A stretch of DNA of 36,646 nt from Candidatus Heimdallarchaeota archaeon (GTDB lineage: Archaea > Asgardarchaeota > Heimdallarchaeia > Heimdallarchaeales > Heimdallarchaeaceae): positions 1-36,646 of the forward strand of contig DXJF01000021.1 of assembly GCA_019057375.1 (NCBI GenBank), in the 5' to 3' direction. Positions 8,753 through 17,346 of the stretch are shown one piece after another (positions within the stretch are counted from its first letter, which is position 1; each line of letters opens with the position of its first letter). Both the position numbers and the translations under genes were made by a program. The notes under the pieces were generated by a model. The model did no database searches, was not told where the DNA came from, and saw only the letters and a list, made by a program, of their open reading frames with translations.

Positions 8753-9586
8753 TTATTTTTTCTTTTTCCATTCTTTAGGTGAAACAACCGGAGGATGGAC
8801 ATATCTTTCATGCTTATCGATTGCATCAATCTTTTTAATATCTTCATCTGAAAGCTGTAAATCCAACGCTGCAAAATTATCCTTTAAGTGATCAAGACTA
8901 GTTGCTTTAGGTATTGGATAAGCTCCTTTGTTAATTACCCAAGCCAAGCAAACTTGAGCTGCGCTTACTTTATTCTTTTCCGCTATTTCATTGATTACTG
9001 GATCTTTCAGTACTTTAGCTCTTCCTAAAGGTGAATATGAGACTTGGATTATGTTTTTATCCTTATGAAACTTCAAAACAGACTGCTGTTTCAGATAAGG
9101 ATGATGTTCAATCTGATTTGCATAGATTGGTTTATCTATAACATCAAGTGCATCGATTATTTGATTAGGAGTGAAATTAGAAACTCCAATATGTCTTATT
9201 TTCCCTTCATCAACTAGTTCTCCTAGAGCTCCTAAAGTCTTCTTATGAGAATATCCTAGCACAAATGCTGGATAATGAATATACATTATGTCCACATAAT
9301 CCAATTGAAGTCTTTTCAAGGACTTGTATGTTGATCTTACAGCTGCTTTAGGTCTCACATTCAGTGGATAAATTTTGGTTGCAACAATTACTTCTTCTCT
9401 CTTAGCAATTCCCGTTTCAAAAACCTCTTTTAATCCCTCTCCTACGCCTACTTCATTTCGATAAGCTTGAGCTGTATCCACGAATCTATATCCAAGTTTG
9501 ATAGCTTGAATAGTTGAGTATCTGGCTTCATATGGTTTGAGAACCCAGGTTCCTAATCCTATTTTAGGAAGTATCATTTCTGACAT
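8753..9586 (-). CDS. Aldo/keto reductase
   Basis: GLGTW, DTAQAY, TK, YIH (catalytic tetrad D/Y/K/H), GVSNF, NQIE, YSPL and IPK motifs. Confidence 0.95.
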   Translation of the reverse strand: MSEMILPKIGLGTWVLKPYEARYSTIQAIKLGYRFVDTAQAYRNEVGVGEGLKEVFETGIAKREEVIVATKIYPLNVRPKAAVRSTYKSLKRLQLDYVDIMYIHYPAFVLGYSHKKTLGALGELVDEGKIRHIGVSNFTPNQIIDALDVIDKPIYANQIEHHPYLKQQSVLKFHKDKNIIQVSYSPLGRAKVLKDPVINEIAEKNKVSAAQVCLAWVINKGAYPIPKATSLDHLKDNFAALDLQLSDEDIKKIDAIDKHERYVHPPVVSPKEWKKKK

Positions 9587-9688
9587 GATTCTTATAATAA
9601 AAATGGGTCTAAATAAGATTTTAGGAAAATCAAGTAAAAGTGTTCTTTTTTACTAAATATTTAAAATCTGAAGAACTCATCAATTTCT

Positions 9689-11254
9689 ATGGAATACCGC
9701 ATGGTTTTTGATGCAGGTTCAAAAATACTCAAGTGCGCTATTGCGGATGAAAATAATTCTATTATCGCTTTAGAGAGTATCATTCCAAAGGTTGTGCAAT
9801 CTGAAGATGGATTCGGAAGATGTTGGAAGATAACTGATTATTGGAAGAATTTACTTCAATTAGCTGAGAAAACAATTAAGAAAGCATCAATTGACCCTCA
9901 GAAGATTAGATTTGTCACATCAAGTACTATTAGACCTAGTTGTGTTTTTTCAGATGAAGATTTCAATCCATTATATATCGGTTCTAGTTTTGATATTCTT
10001 GGTATTCATTATGGAGATGAAATTGAAGAGCAATTTACTGAATTAGCTGGAGAAAGTATATATCAATCTACAGGTCATTTTCCTAGCTTTTTAATGCCTC
10101 CTGCTAGATTTGAATGGTTACGAAACAACCCAGATTTCATTAATAACAAATCAATTGTACATTATATCCCTCTAGATAGTTGGATATTAATGAAACTTGG
10201 AGGAGAATTTCATACAAATTATACAAGTGCTATGGAATCAGGATTCTTTGATGTTCGAAAAAAAATGTGGCATGATGAATGGTATTCTATCTTTGACATT
10301 GATGATAGTTTTTTCCCGTATCCTGTACTATCAGGAGAGATAGTAGGTAATGTTTCGAGTAAAATTAAAGAGAAACTTAAACTTAGTTCTGATACAGAAA
10401 TAGTGGCGGGGATCACTGATACTCAAGCAGCTTTATTGTCCTCAAACTCTATCAATCCTGGTGAGATTGGAGTAGTATTGGGGAGTACAACACCTGTTCA
10501 AGCTGTTGCTGAGAAATTTTACATAAGTGATAAGGAACGTGTATGGACTACTGGAATTTTAGTGAAAAATTTGTGTGATAATTATATTGTGGAATCAAAT
10601 ATGGGAATCACAGGTCAAGTTATTAAATGGGCAGCACATCTTTTCGTTTCTAAGAATAAGAAAGGAATATCAGAACCAACAGCAAAACAATATGAAGATT
10701 TAGGAAAACAATATCAGGAATTTGATGAGTTTGAACAAGAAGAACCTCTTGAATTAATTTCCTCTCAAGGTGTATTTGCCAATCTTGGTCCTTCAACCTT
10801 AGAATCAGCAAGTAGTGAAAGATCAGGTGGTGAATTCTATTTTCCAAGCCCTGGAGGTGTGAATGAATTCTATATTACTCAGAAACAGCTAATTGGAGCA
10901 GTCTTTGATAATATTGTATTTGCTGTCGCAAGAAATATTGAAATTGCAACTGAAATCGCTCAAATAGATAGAATTTCTTTAGCTGTGCTTGGCGGTCTTT
11001 CAAGATATAACTTACTATGTCAAAGAACAGCTGATTTACACAATACTCCAGTAAAACATTTAATTAATCCTGAGGCTTCTATACAAGGAATGTTATTGAT
11101 TTGTGACGTAGCAAGTGGAATAATAAAGAATCCTTCTGATTTAGAAAAAAGGTTAGATGAGAAAGGAGAATTAAACCAGCTAAATCCTCGTTCTTCAATG
11201 ACCCAAAAACTTCAAGAGAAATACAAAAAATGGGTGAGCATCACCAAAATCTAG
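9689..11254 (+). CDS. FGGY-family carbohydrate kinase, YoaC/LsrK-like
   Basis: N-terminal FDAGS phosphate motif and GITDTQ. GSTTPV and VESNMGITG resemble B. subtilis YoaC as recalled; LGG near the C-terminus. Confidence 0.88.
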   Translation: MEYRMVFDAGSKILKCAIADENNSIIALESIIPKVVQSEDGFGRCWKITDYWKNLLQLAEKTIKKASIDPQKIRFVTSSTIRPSCVFSDEDFNPLYIGSSFDILGIHYGDEIEEQFTELAGESIYQSTGHFPSFLMPPARFEWLRNNPDFINNKSIVHYIPLDSWILMKLGGEFHTNYTSAMESGFFDVRKKMWHDEWYSIFDIDDSFFPYPVLSGEIVGNVSSKIKEKLKLSSDTEIVAGITDTQAALLSSNSINPGEIGVVLGSTTPVQAVAEKFYISDKERVWTTGILVKNLCDNYIVESNMGITGQVIKWAAHLFVSKNKKGISEPTAKQYEDLGKQYQEFDEFEQEEPLELISSQGVFANLGPSTLESASSERSGGEFYFPSPGGVNEFYITQKQLIGAVFDNIVFAVARNIEIATEIAQIDRISLAVLGGLSRYNLLCQRTADLHNTPVKHLINPEASIQGMLLICDVASGIIKNPSDLEKRLDEKGELNQLNPRSSMTQKLQEKYKKWVSITKI

Positions 11255-11472
11255 AATTTTCCTGTTTTACTATAAAAATCGTTTTTAAGCTTTTAAGCTT
11301 TAAAATCAGAGCTTTTTTTTAGACTATTGTTTGAATATACTATTCAGCTATTTCCTAATAGGTTACTTTTCTAGCTAATATTCCAAGACCATGTAAATAT
11401 ATATCTGTGATATACGAATTAAATGAAGATAAGATTTTTATAAATGCAACAAAACCTAACTTTTCTATCGTC

Positions 11473-11493
11473 CTAGTGATACAAATTCACTAG
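11473..11493. promoter_or_regulatory. Perfect palindrome CTAGTGA-N7-TCACTAG
   Basis: 7-bp arms at 11473-11479 and 11487-11493, about 25 nt upstream of a TATA-like TATATA near 11520 that precedes gene 11575. Confidence 0.45.
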
Positions 11494-11574
11494 AAAATTC
11501 AATGAGAGAAAATAACTCTATATATCTATCTCATCTTTGAACTGTATTACTGACGATATATGGATGTAATTTAA

Positions 11575-12240
11575 ATGACTGATCAAGAAAAAAAAGGATT
11601 TAAATGGCCTTGGGACTATTTGCATTTTCAGACCAAGGGACGTGGTTCTATCTTTGCAAATGGTGTAAAAGGTAAGTTTATGTCTACCACCTATTTTGCT
11701 GAATGGCTAGTATTTTGGTTTGCCTTACTAATGACCGCAATCGTTACCGCAATCACTTTTACTATAAGAGGTGTATGGGCAGCACCAAATGCAGCAGGAC
11801 TTTACTTTGCATATTTAAGCTGGGGTTTTGTAGTCTCATTCATCATTGCGTGGTTCGTCTTTGTATTCATAATTGGACCATTAACAATGAGTATGGTGCA
11901 ATATGATTTCAGAGCAGATTTCAGAGCATCGAGTCCAAGAGAACTTATGGTGTCAAAGAAATCATGGAAGTTCTGGATTTGGGGTATATTAGTAGATACA
12001 ATGATCGTTATTCCATTATCTGGATTCGTACCCTTTTTTAACAACATAGTCATAAATAAAGTACCTGCTGGTATTGCATGGACTTCAGCATGGATTTGGA
12101 CTGAATTCTGGGGTGCTTATTGGAAAGCATGGATTTTAGCAATAATCATCATAATCTTTCTGCTAGTATTTCTAAAATGGCAACTTGGGCCTAACAAGAA
12201 AACACTCAAAAAAATGAAAGCACAAGGACCTCCCCAATAA
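11575..12240 (+). CDS. Multi-pass membrane protein, tandem DUF2798-like units
   Basis: 221-aa ORF with about 4 hydrophobic segments in two similar halves; aromatic-rich W..AW..A pattern. Confidence 0.6.
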   Translation: MTDQEKKGFKWPWDYLHFQTKGRGSIFANGVKGKFMSTTYFAEWLVFWFALLMTAIVTAITFTIRGVWAAPNAAGLYFAYLSWGFVVSFIIAWFVFVFIIGPLTMSMVQYDFRADFRASSPRELMVSKKSWKFWIWGILVDTMIVIPLSGFVPFFNNIVINKVPAGIAWTSAWIWTEFWGAYWKAWILAIIIIIFLLVFLKWQLGPNKKTLKKMKAQGPPQ

Positions 12241-12362
12241 TAAATCCTAACGAATAAGCTGAAACAATTAAGATGTTTCAACTTTTTATTTTTTTAATTT
12301 AGATTAATTATAGTTTGAAATATAAAAAGTGAAATTACTAATCTTAAATGAAATTAAAGGAC

Positions 12363-14093
12363 TTACTCACTCATGTCTTTCATTAGATCATAAATCTCTT
12401 TCTCTGCTTCTTCAGCTTCTTTAGGTATAGCATAAATAGTTCCTAGAAGAGAAGCTCTAAATTGAATTTTTGCAGCCATTTCTACCTGTTGACATACAGT
12501 CCAAGCTTGGTCTAAATCAGAACCACAAGCCACATTACCATGGTTTGCGATAAATACTGCAAGATTTTCTCCTAAAGCTGCCACGGCATTATCAGCTAGT
12601 TCAACTGTTCCAGCTATTCCAAATTCAGCAACTTCACAACCTCCAATGAAAGGAATAACTTCATCAACTATGGGACCAATTGGCATTCTAGCAATTGACA
12701 AAGCTGTTGAATAAGGAGCATGAGAATGGACTATAGCTTTGATATCCTCTCTAGCTTTATAGATTGCTAAGTGCACTCTTTTTTCAGAAGTAGGATTTCT
12801 TCTACCTATGATTGTATCCCCATTACTATCAATTAAGACAATATCTTCGATATCAATCTCATCATATTTGACAGAACTAGGAGTTACAAGAAAAGCATCT
12901 TGCCCGTTGGGCAATTTAACTCTAGCAGAAACATTTCCTGCAGTTCCAATGATGTATCCCTTCCTGATCATTTCTATGCAAACATCAATTATCTGTTGTA
13001 TTTTCCCTTCATAATGGTAAAGAGAGGGCTGAATATCAATGAGTTCTTGTGTCTTGTCATATTGTTTCTCAGCTGTTGCATATCCCTCTAAAACTTCTGG
13101 ATTCTTAATATTTTCAGGAATCTTTTTGTTAAGAATTTGTTGAATTCCTTTCACCATCATCATTGCATGTCTGTGATTAGTTTCAAAAGTATCTCCTCCT
13201 ATGTGAGGAGTAACAATCACATTTTCTAACTCAAGGAATTCGTTGTCTTGATCTACAGGTTCGATTGAGAAAACATCTAAGGCAGCACCTGCTATTTTTT
13301 TCTCCTTTAAAGAATCTAGTAGAGCATCCTCATCCACAACTGAAGCTCTAGCAGTATTAATAAACAAAGCATGTTCTTGCATCAGAGCAATCTGTTCTTC
13401 ACCAATCATATCATCTGTTTCATCAATTGGAGAACAATGAAGGGTTACTATGTCTGATTTTACCATAAGAGTGTTTAAATCAACATCTTCACCTTGAATA
13501 GCACTTAATCGCGCTGGATCCACATATGGATCATAAACAAGGAATTTAACTCTGAAAGGAAGCAGAAGTTTAGCTACAGCAAAGCCTATTCTACCTAAAC
13601 CAACTATCCCTACAGTTTTCCCTTGAAGTTCAAATCCTTTGAATTCATTATAGTATTTGATATAATCAGAGAAATCATTTACTTCAAATTCATTTTCTGT
13701 GTGTAAGATTCTTTCGATAGAATGTAGTTTTCTTGCTAAGGAAAGTATTAACCCTACAGTCAATTCTGCTACAGATACAGTATTTCTATTAGGGGCGAAA
13801 AGCACTGGAATTCCCTTCGCAGTTGCTGTTTCTAAATCAATATTGTTTGGATCTCCACGAGTTGAACCTATTATCTTTAAATCAACATTTTCTAGAACAG
13901 ACTTTTTAACATTATCTCCCTCACAAATGAATATTTCTGCACCTATTTCATTTATTTTCTGGATGAGATCTTCATCTTTGAAATAAAGATTGTTTGTCTC
14001 TCTCCAACTCTCGTAAACTATTTCATCTTCTAAGATTTTCTTAAGTTCTTCAAGAGCTTCTGGTGAGAATTCAGCTGTTATATATGCTTTCAT
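12363..14093 (-). CDS. Fusion: YoaD-like D-2-hydroxyacid dehydrogenase + class II aldolase/adducin domain
   Basis: N-terminal part: GIVGLGRIG, YDPY, INTAR, DVF..EP, TPHIGG. C-terminal part: AGNVS, VTPS, PTSE, VHSH, ANHG (catalytic Glu and three Zn-binding His present). Confidence 0.92.
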   Translation of the reverse strand: MKAYITAEFSPEALEELKKILEDEIVYESWRETNNLYFKDEDLIQKINEIGAEIFICEGDNVKKSVLENVDLKIIGSTRGDPNNIDLETATAKGIPVLFAPNRNTVSVAELTVGLILSLARKLHSIERILHTENEFEVNDFSDYIKYYNEFKGFELQGKTVGIVGLGRIGFAVAKLLLPFRVKFLVYDPYVDPARLSAIQGEDVDLNTLMVKSDIVTLHCSPIDETDDMIGEEQIALMQEHALFINTARASVVDEDALLDSLKEKKIAGAALDVFSIEPVDQDNEFLELENVIVTPHIGGDTFETNHRHAMMMVKGIQQILNKKIPENIKNPEVLEGYATAEKQYDKTQELIDIQPSLYHYEGKIQQIIDVCIEMIRKGYIIGTAGNVSARVKLPNGQDAFLVTPSSVKYDEIDIEDIVLIDSNGDTIIGRRNPTSEKRVHLAIYKAREDIKAIVHSHAPYSTALSIARMPIGPIVDEVIPFIGGCEVAEFGIAGTVELADNAVAALGENLAVFIANHGNVACGSDLDQAWTVCQQVEMAAKIQFRASLLGTIYAIPKEAEEAEKEIYDLMKDMSE

Positions 14094-14112
14094 TTCTTTT
14101 CACACATCATTT

Positions 14113-14922
14113 TTAGAACATCAATTTCCTAAGTTTCAGCATGTTTTTCATTTCACCTTTAACTTCTAGATTGCCACTAGAGTAAGCTTTGACAGGATTC
14201 ATCTGCTTAGTCATCATTTTAACAAAAATAGTTGAATCCATTTTAACTTGCACTGCTGCTTCTTCATCAACACCCTCTGAGAGTTCTATTCCTTCACTTC
14301 CATTAATCCTGAACAAGTAAGATTTAGAGATATCTGGAAATGTCATCATCAATGTGTTATGCCAATTGCGAAAAGCTTTCATGACTTTTTCAGTATTATA
14401 TCTATTAATTATATTTTGAAGACCATCTTCGTAGCTGAAATCAATAATCGAGACATCATCCACTTTTGCAGGTTTAGCTTTTAATGTAGTTTGGCTGAGT
14501 TCTTTGACAACTGTTTTTCGAGGAGTCTTCTCTTCTTTGCTTTCTTCTTCTTTGTTTTCTTCTTCTACTGCTTTCCTAGGACCTTCTGGTCTTATAATCT
14601 GCAATTTACTCCGACCACCAGAAGTAAAAGATGAACCAAATTCTGATAATTCTCGCTCTACATCATATTCCTTTGTACTTCCTTTCATTAGCAATGATTT
14701 AATTGCTCCAAAACAACCTAAAACCAATAACAAAAATCCAAGAAAAGCAAACACTAAGATTAATGCCAATAGCAGAGTAACATACTGTGAAACAGTTGAT
14801 TCATATTCAAGAAGCTTTGAGATTAAAGCGACAGAAAGACCTAGCATTCCCAAGCCTGTTGCTAATAAAGCAAAAACTGTCATCTGATTATTGACAATTT
14901 TGTGTCTTATTCTGTGAACCAT
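14113..14922 (-). CDS. Membrane-anchored SCP2 (sterol carrier/lipid-binding) domain protein
   Basis: Two N-terminal TM helices, a charged linker, and the C-terminal SCP2 signature FVKMMTKQMNPVKAYSSGNLEVKGE. Confidence 0.85.
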   Translation of the reverse strand: MVHRIRHKIVNNQMTVFALLATGLGMLGLSVALISKLLEYESTVSQYVTLLLALILVFAFLGFLLLVLGCFGAIKSLLMKGSTKEYDVERELSEFGSSFTSGGRSKLQIIRPEGPRKAVEEENKEEESKEEKTPRKTVVKELSQTTLKAKPAKVDDVSIIDFSYEDGLQNIINRYNTEKVMKAFRNWHNTLMMTFPDISKSYLFRINGSEGIELSEGVDEEAAVQVKMDSTIFVKMMTKQMNPVKAYSSGNLEVKGEMKNMLKLRKLMF

Positions 14923-15031
14923 ATGTTATTCTCGAGTTTGAGTTTTAAAATGTTTCACAGAAAATGTGATTTTCCTCTATCTGACAGAAATTTTTGCCGA
15001 GTTTATATTCTAAATTGATTATAGTATATTA

Positions 15032-15098
15032 AGAAGCTAGCAAAACTATCCTAATAGCTGCATTGTCCCCATCTTTTATTTCTATGTGGCTAGCTTCT
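15032..15098. other. Intergenic inverted repeat (10-bp perfect arms, 47-nt interior), possible structured RNA or terminator
   Basis: AGAAGCTAGC 15032-15041 and GCTAGCTTCT 15089-15098; inner hairpin CTAT/ATAG at 15046-15057; region is GC-richer than its flanks. Confidence 0.5.
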
Positions 15099-15123
15099 CT
15101 CCCCTTATCCCTGCAGTTTTAAC

Positions 15124-15405
15124 TTATCCTCCTGAGATAAAAGGTATAATAGAAATCACTTGATTTGATTTGACAATAGTCGTGTCAAGATCGTCTTTTT
15201 TGATGTTATCCTTATCTAACTGTATGAAGTAAAATTCTCTAATTTTTCCATCAGTATAGAGTAATTTTTCTAGTTCTAGACCATATTTAGAAACAAAAAT
15301 ATCCAATGCCTTAGTTATAGTTATATTATCTTGAGCGTCTAAAATAACATATCTTTCCTTAGTTATTGTTCTTATCTGTCCAAAGCACTGAACTGAAATC
15401 TCCAT
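15124..15405 (-). CDS. MoaD/ThiS-family (ubiquitin-like) sulfur carrier
   Basis: 93 aa with beta-grasp-like pattern ISVQCFGQIR and C-terminal IIPFISGG di-glycine. Confidence 0.9.
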   Translation of the reverse strand: MEISVQCFGQIRTITKERYVILDAQDNITITKALDIFVSKYGLELEKLLYTDGKIREFYFIQLDKDNIKKDDLDTTIVKSNQVISIIPFISGG

Positions 15406-15446
15406 GTTTTTTACTCTCTCTCGTATTATTTAAGAGCTATTTTCAT

Positions 15447-16007
15447 TCAAATATTCTTCATAAATTTATTTTTGATTTCTTTAGGTTGCCAAGGGATATT
15501 TTCTAAGTTCTCAATATCTTCTTCTACATTTATATGCAAAACAGCTGTTTGTTTGCTGGTTAGAAGAATTTTAAAGGCTTCATGTAATTTTGAAGGGCTT
15601 CTTATCGAGTTTAAACTCCCATAATGTTGAATCCCCAATCCTTCCAATAGTTTGAGATAATCCACAGTTGATGAAACAGTTTCCTGTCCTCCTGTAGTAG
15701 CATAGATCTCGTTATCTAATATGATTATTTTGAGGTTGTCAGTTTTGTAATATCCTATGGTGGTCATTGAGCTCAAACCCATTAAGAAATTACCATCTCC
15801 AGTAATAACTAGTACTTGTTTCTCAGGTTGAGCTAAAGCTAGTCCTAATCCAATAGACATTGGTAATCCCATACTCCCTCTAAGATAGACTTGAGGTTGA
15901 GGTAAAAAGTTGTAAGTTTGTCGGCTGACATTACCATTTGAACTAACAATAAGTGTATCATCAGAGATAAATTCTTTCAAAGATGCTATAACTTCTTCAC
16001 CTCTCAT
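15447..16007 (-). CDS. comE: Sulfopyruvate (or phosphonopyruvate) decarboxylase beta subunit, TPP-binding
   Basis: GSMG and GDG...DN TPP motif, ATTGGQ; its start overlaps the upstream stop (TGATG). Confidence 0.78.
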   Translation of the reverse strand: MRGEEVIASLKEFISDDTLIVSSNGNVSRQTYNFLPQPQVYLRGSMGLPMSIGLGLALAQPEKQVLVITGDGNFLMGLSSMTTIGYYKTDNLKIIILDNEIYATTGGQETVSSTVDYLKLLEGLGIQHYGSLNSIRSPSKLHEAFKILLTSKQTAVLHINVEEDIENLENIPWQPKEIKNKFMKNI

Positions 16008-16501
16008 CAGATAATAACCTCCTTTTCAACAAGAATACAAACCACAGAAGAATCTTTGTTCATATGCTCCAAAGCTTCATCTAGAATTTCTCTCCAATTT
16101 TCCCCTTTCATATTCCAATAAGGAATTCCATAAGCTTCTAAAACAGATTCAGTGACTTTCCCCATTATAACATGTTCAGGAAAGGTTTTATCAGGTTCAA
16201 GCCCTCGATAACTGACAAATATCAATAGGGGAATTTCATAGAGCTGAGCAAGAGAGGTAAAAGCATCTCCTATTGTAGCTAAACCAGAATTTTGCATAAT
16301 CAAGAAGCAATTCTTTTTTCCAAGATAATAACCACAAGCAATACCAACAGCTTCATCTTCTCTAGTTGCAGCAATATACTGTATAACTGCACTTTTGTCA
16401 AGCTCAATAAAGAGCTCTTTAAAATAAGAACAGGGAACACCTGTTGAGAGCTCAAAATTGTTCTCAGAGAGATAATTCAGAATATCAATAGATTTTATCA
16501 T
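16007..16501 (-). CDS. comD: Sulfopyruvate (or phosphonopyruvate) decarboxylase alpha subunit
   Basis: GVPCS, TREDEAVGI and MQNSG motifs. Start moved to ATG 16501 (GGAG upstream); the ORF-track extension to 16597 overlaps the GTPase gene. Confidence 0.78.
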   Translation of the reverse strand: MIKSIDILNYLSENNFELSTGVPCSYFKELFIELDKSAVIQYIAATREDEAVGIACGYYLGKKNCFLIMQNSGLATIGDAFTSLAQLYEIPLLIFVSYRGLEPDKTFPEHVIMGKVTESVLEAYGIPYWNMKGENWREILDEALEHMNKDSSVVCILVEKEVII

Positions 16502-16583
16502 AAAGATTACTCCAACAAGATGAGAAACTTTCACAGATATAAATAAATTAGGATGTAGAAAAACTAAAAGGAAAACTAAATAA

Positions 16584-17147
16584 TTACTTATTTTCAACAG
16601 TCATTTTCTCGAAATAAGCCGAGATGTTTTCAGTTAAAACATTAAAAACAGTTTCAACATTAAGGCCAGTTTTAGCAGAGGTTTCAATATAAGGAATATA
16701 AAAACCAGACCATTCAGAAAGTTGATCAGCATATTCCTGAGCGTACTCTTTTGGAACACTATTAGGTGTGCTATCACGAAGATCAGCTTTGTTACCAATT
16801 AAAACGAGAGGAACTATACGGTTTTTATTATTACGGATAAGTTCATGAAGCCAGTTTGGAAGTATAGAATAGGTTTCAGGGCGAGAAATATCAAAAACTA
16901 ATAATGCACCAGCTGTTCCTCGATAATAAACTTCACGAACAGCAGAAAACCTTTGTTGACCAGCTAAATCCCAAATCTGCAGAGTGTAATCAACGTTTTT
17001 ATGGACCATTTTTTTGACGGCGAAATCCGCGCCAATTGTCATCATGTACCCCTCTTTAAAACTCTCTCCTAAGTATGTTCGACGTATACTTGTTTTACCG
17101 ACTGCGCCTTCTCCTAGCAACGAAATCTTGAAAATTCTTTGGCTCAC
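16584..17147 (-). CDS. Rab-like small GTPase
   Basis: G1 GEGAVGKT, G2 T, G3 WDLAGQ, G4 NKAD, G5 ETSAK. RabF-like motifs IGADF, TLQIW, RFSAVR, YYRGT, LVFDIS. No C-terminal Cys. Confidence 0.95.
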   Translation of the reverse strand: MSQRIFKISLLGEGAVGKTSIRRTYLGESFKEGYMMTIGADFAVKKMVHKNVDYTLQIWDLAGQQRFSAVREVYYRGTAGALLVFDISRPETYSILPNWLHELIRNNKNRIVPLVLIGNKADLRDSTPNSVPKEYAQEYADQLSEWSGFYIPYIETSAKTGLNVETVFNVLTENISAYFEKMTVENK

Positions 17148-17346
17148 TATTACACCACTTTCCTATAGTAATTTCTCTCATCCATACTTTTAAATGATTT
17201 GTTAGAGGGAATGAGTTAATATTGAATATTTTAAATGTTACTAGTCTCAACTTATTCACTTAAGCTTAATAAATAGATATATTTTTTATAAATTATTAAA
17301 AAGAGAGAGGAAAAAAAGGAAGATTATGTATTTGTTCTGAAATACC

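Noticed and set aside
15067-15110. G-quadruplex on the minus strand
   Set aside because: Only three tracts of 3 or more G are present.
16502-16597. N-terminal extension of ComD given in the ORF track
   Set aside because: It overlaps the GTPase stop and precedes a better ATG with an RBS at 16501, where homology begins.
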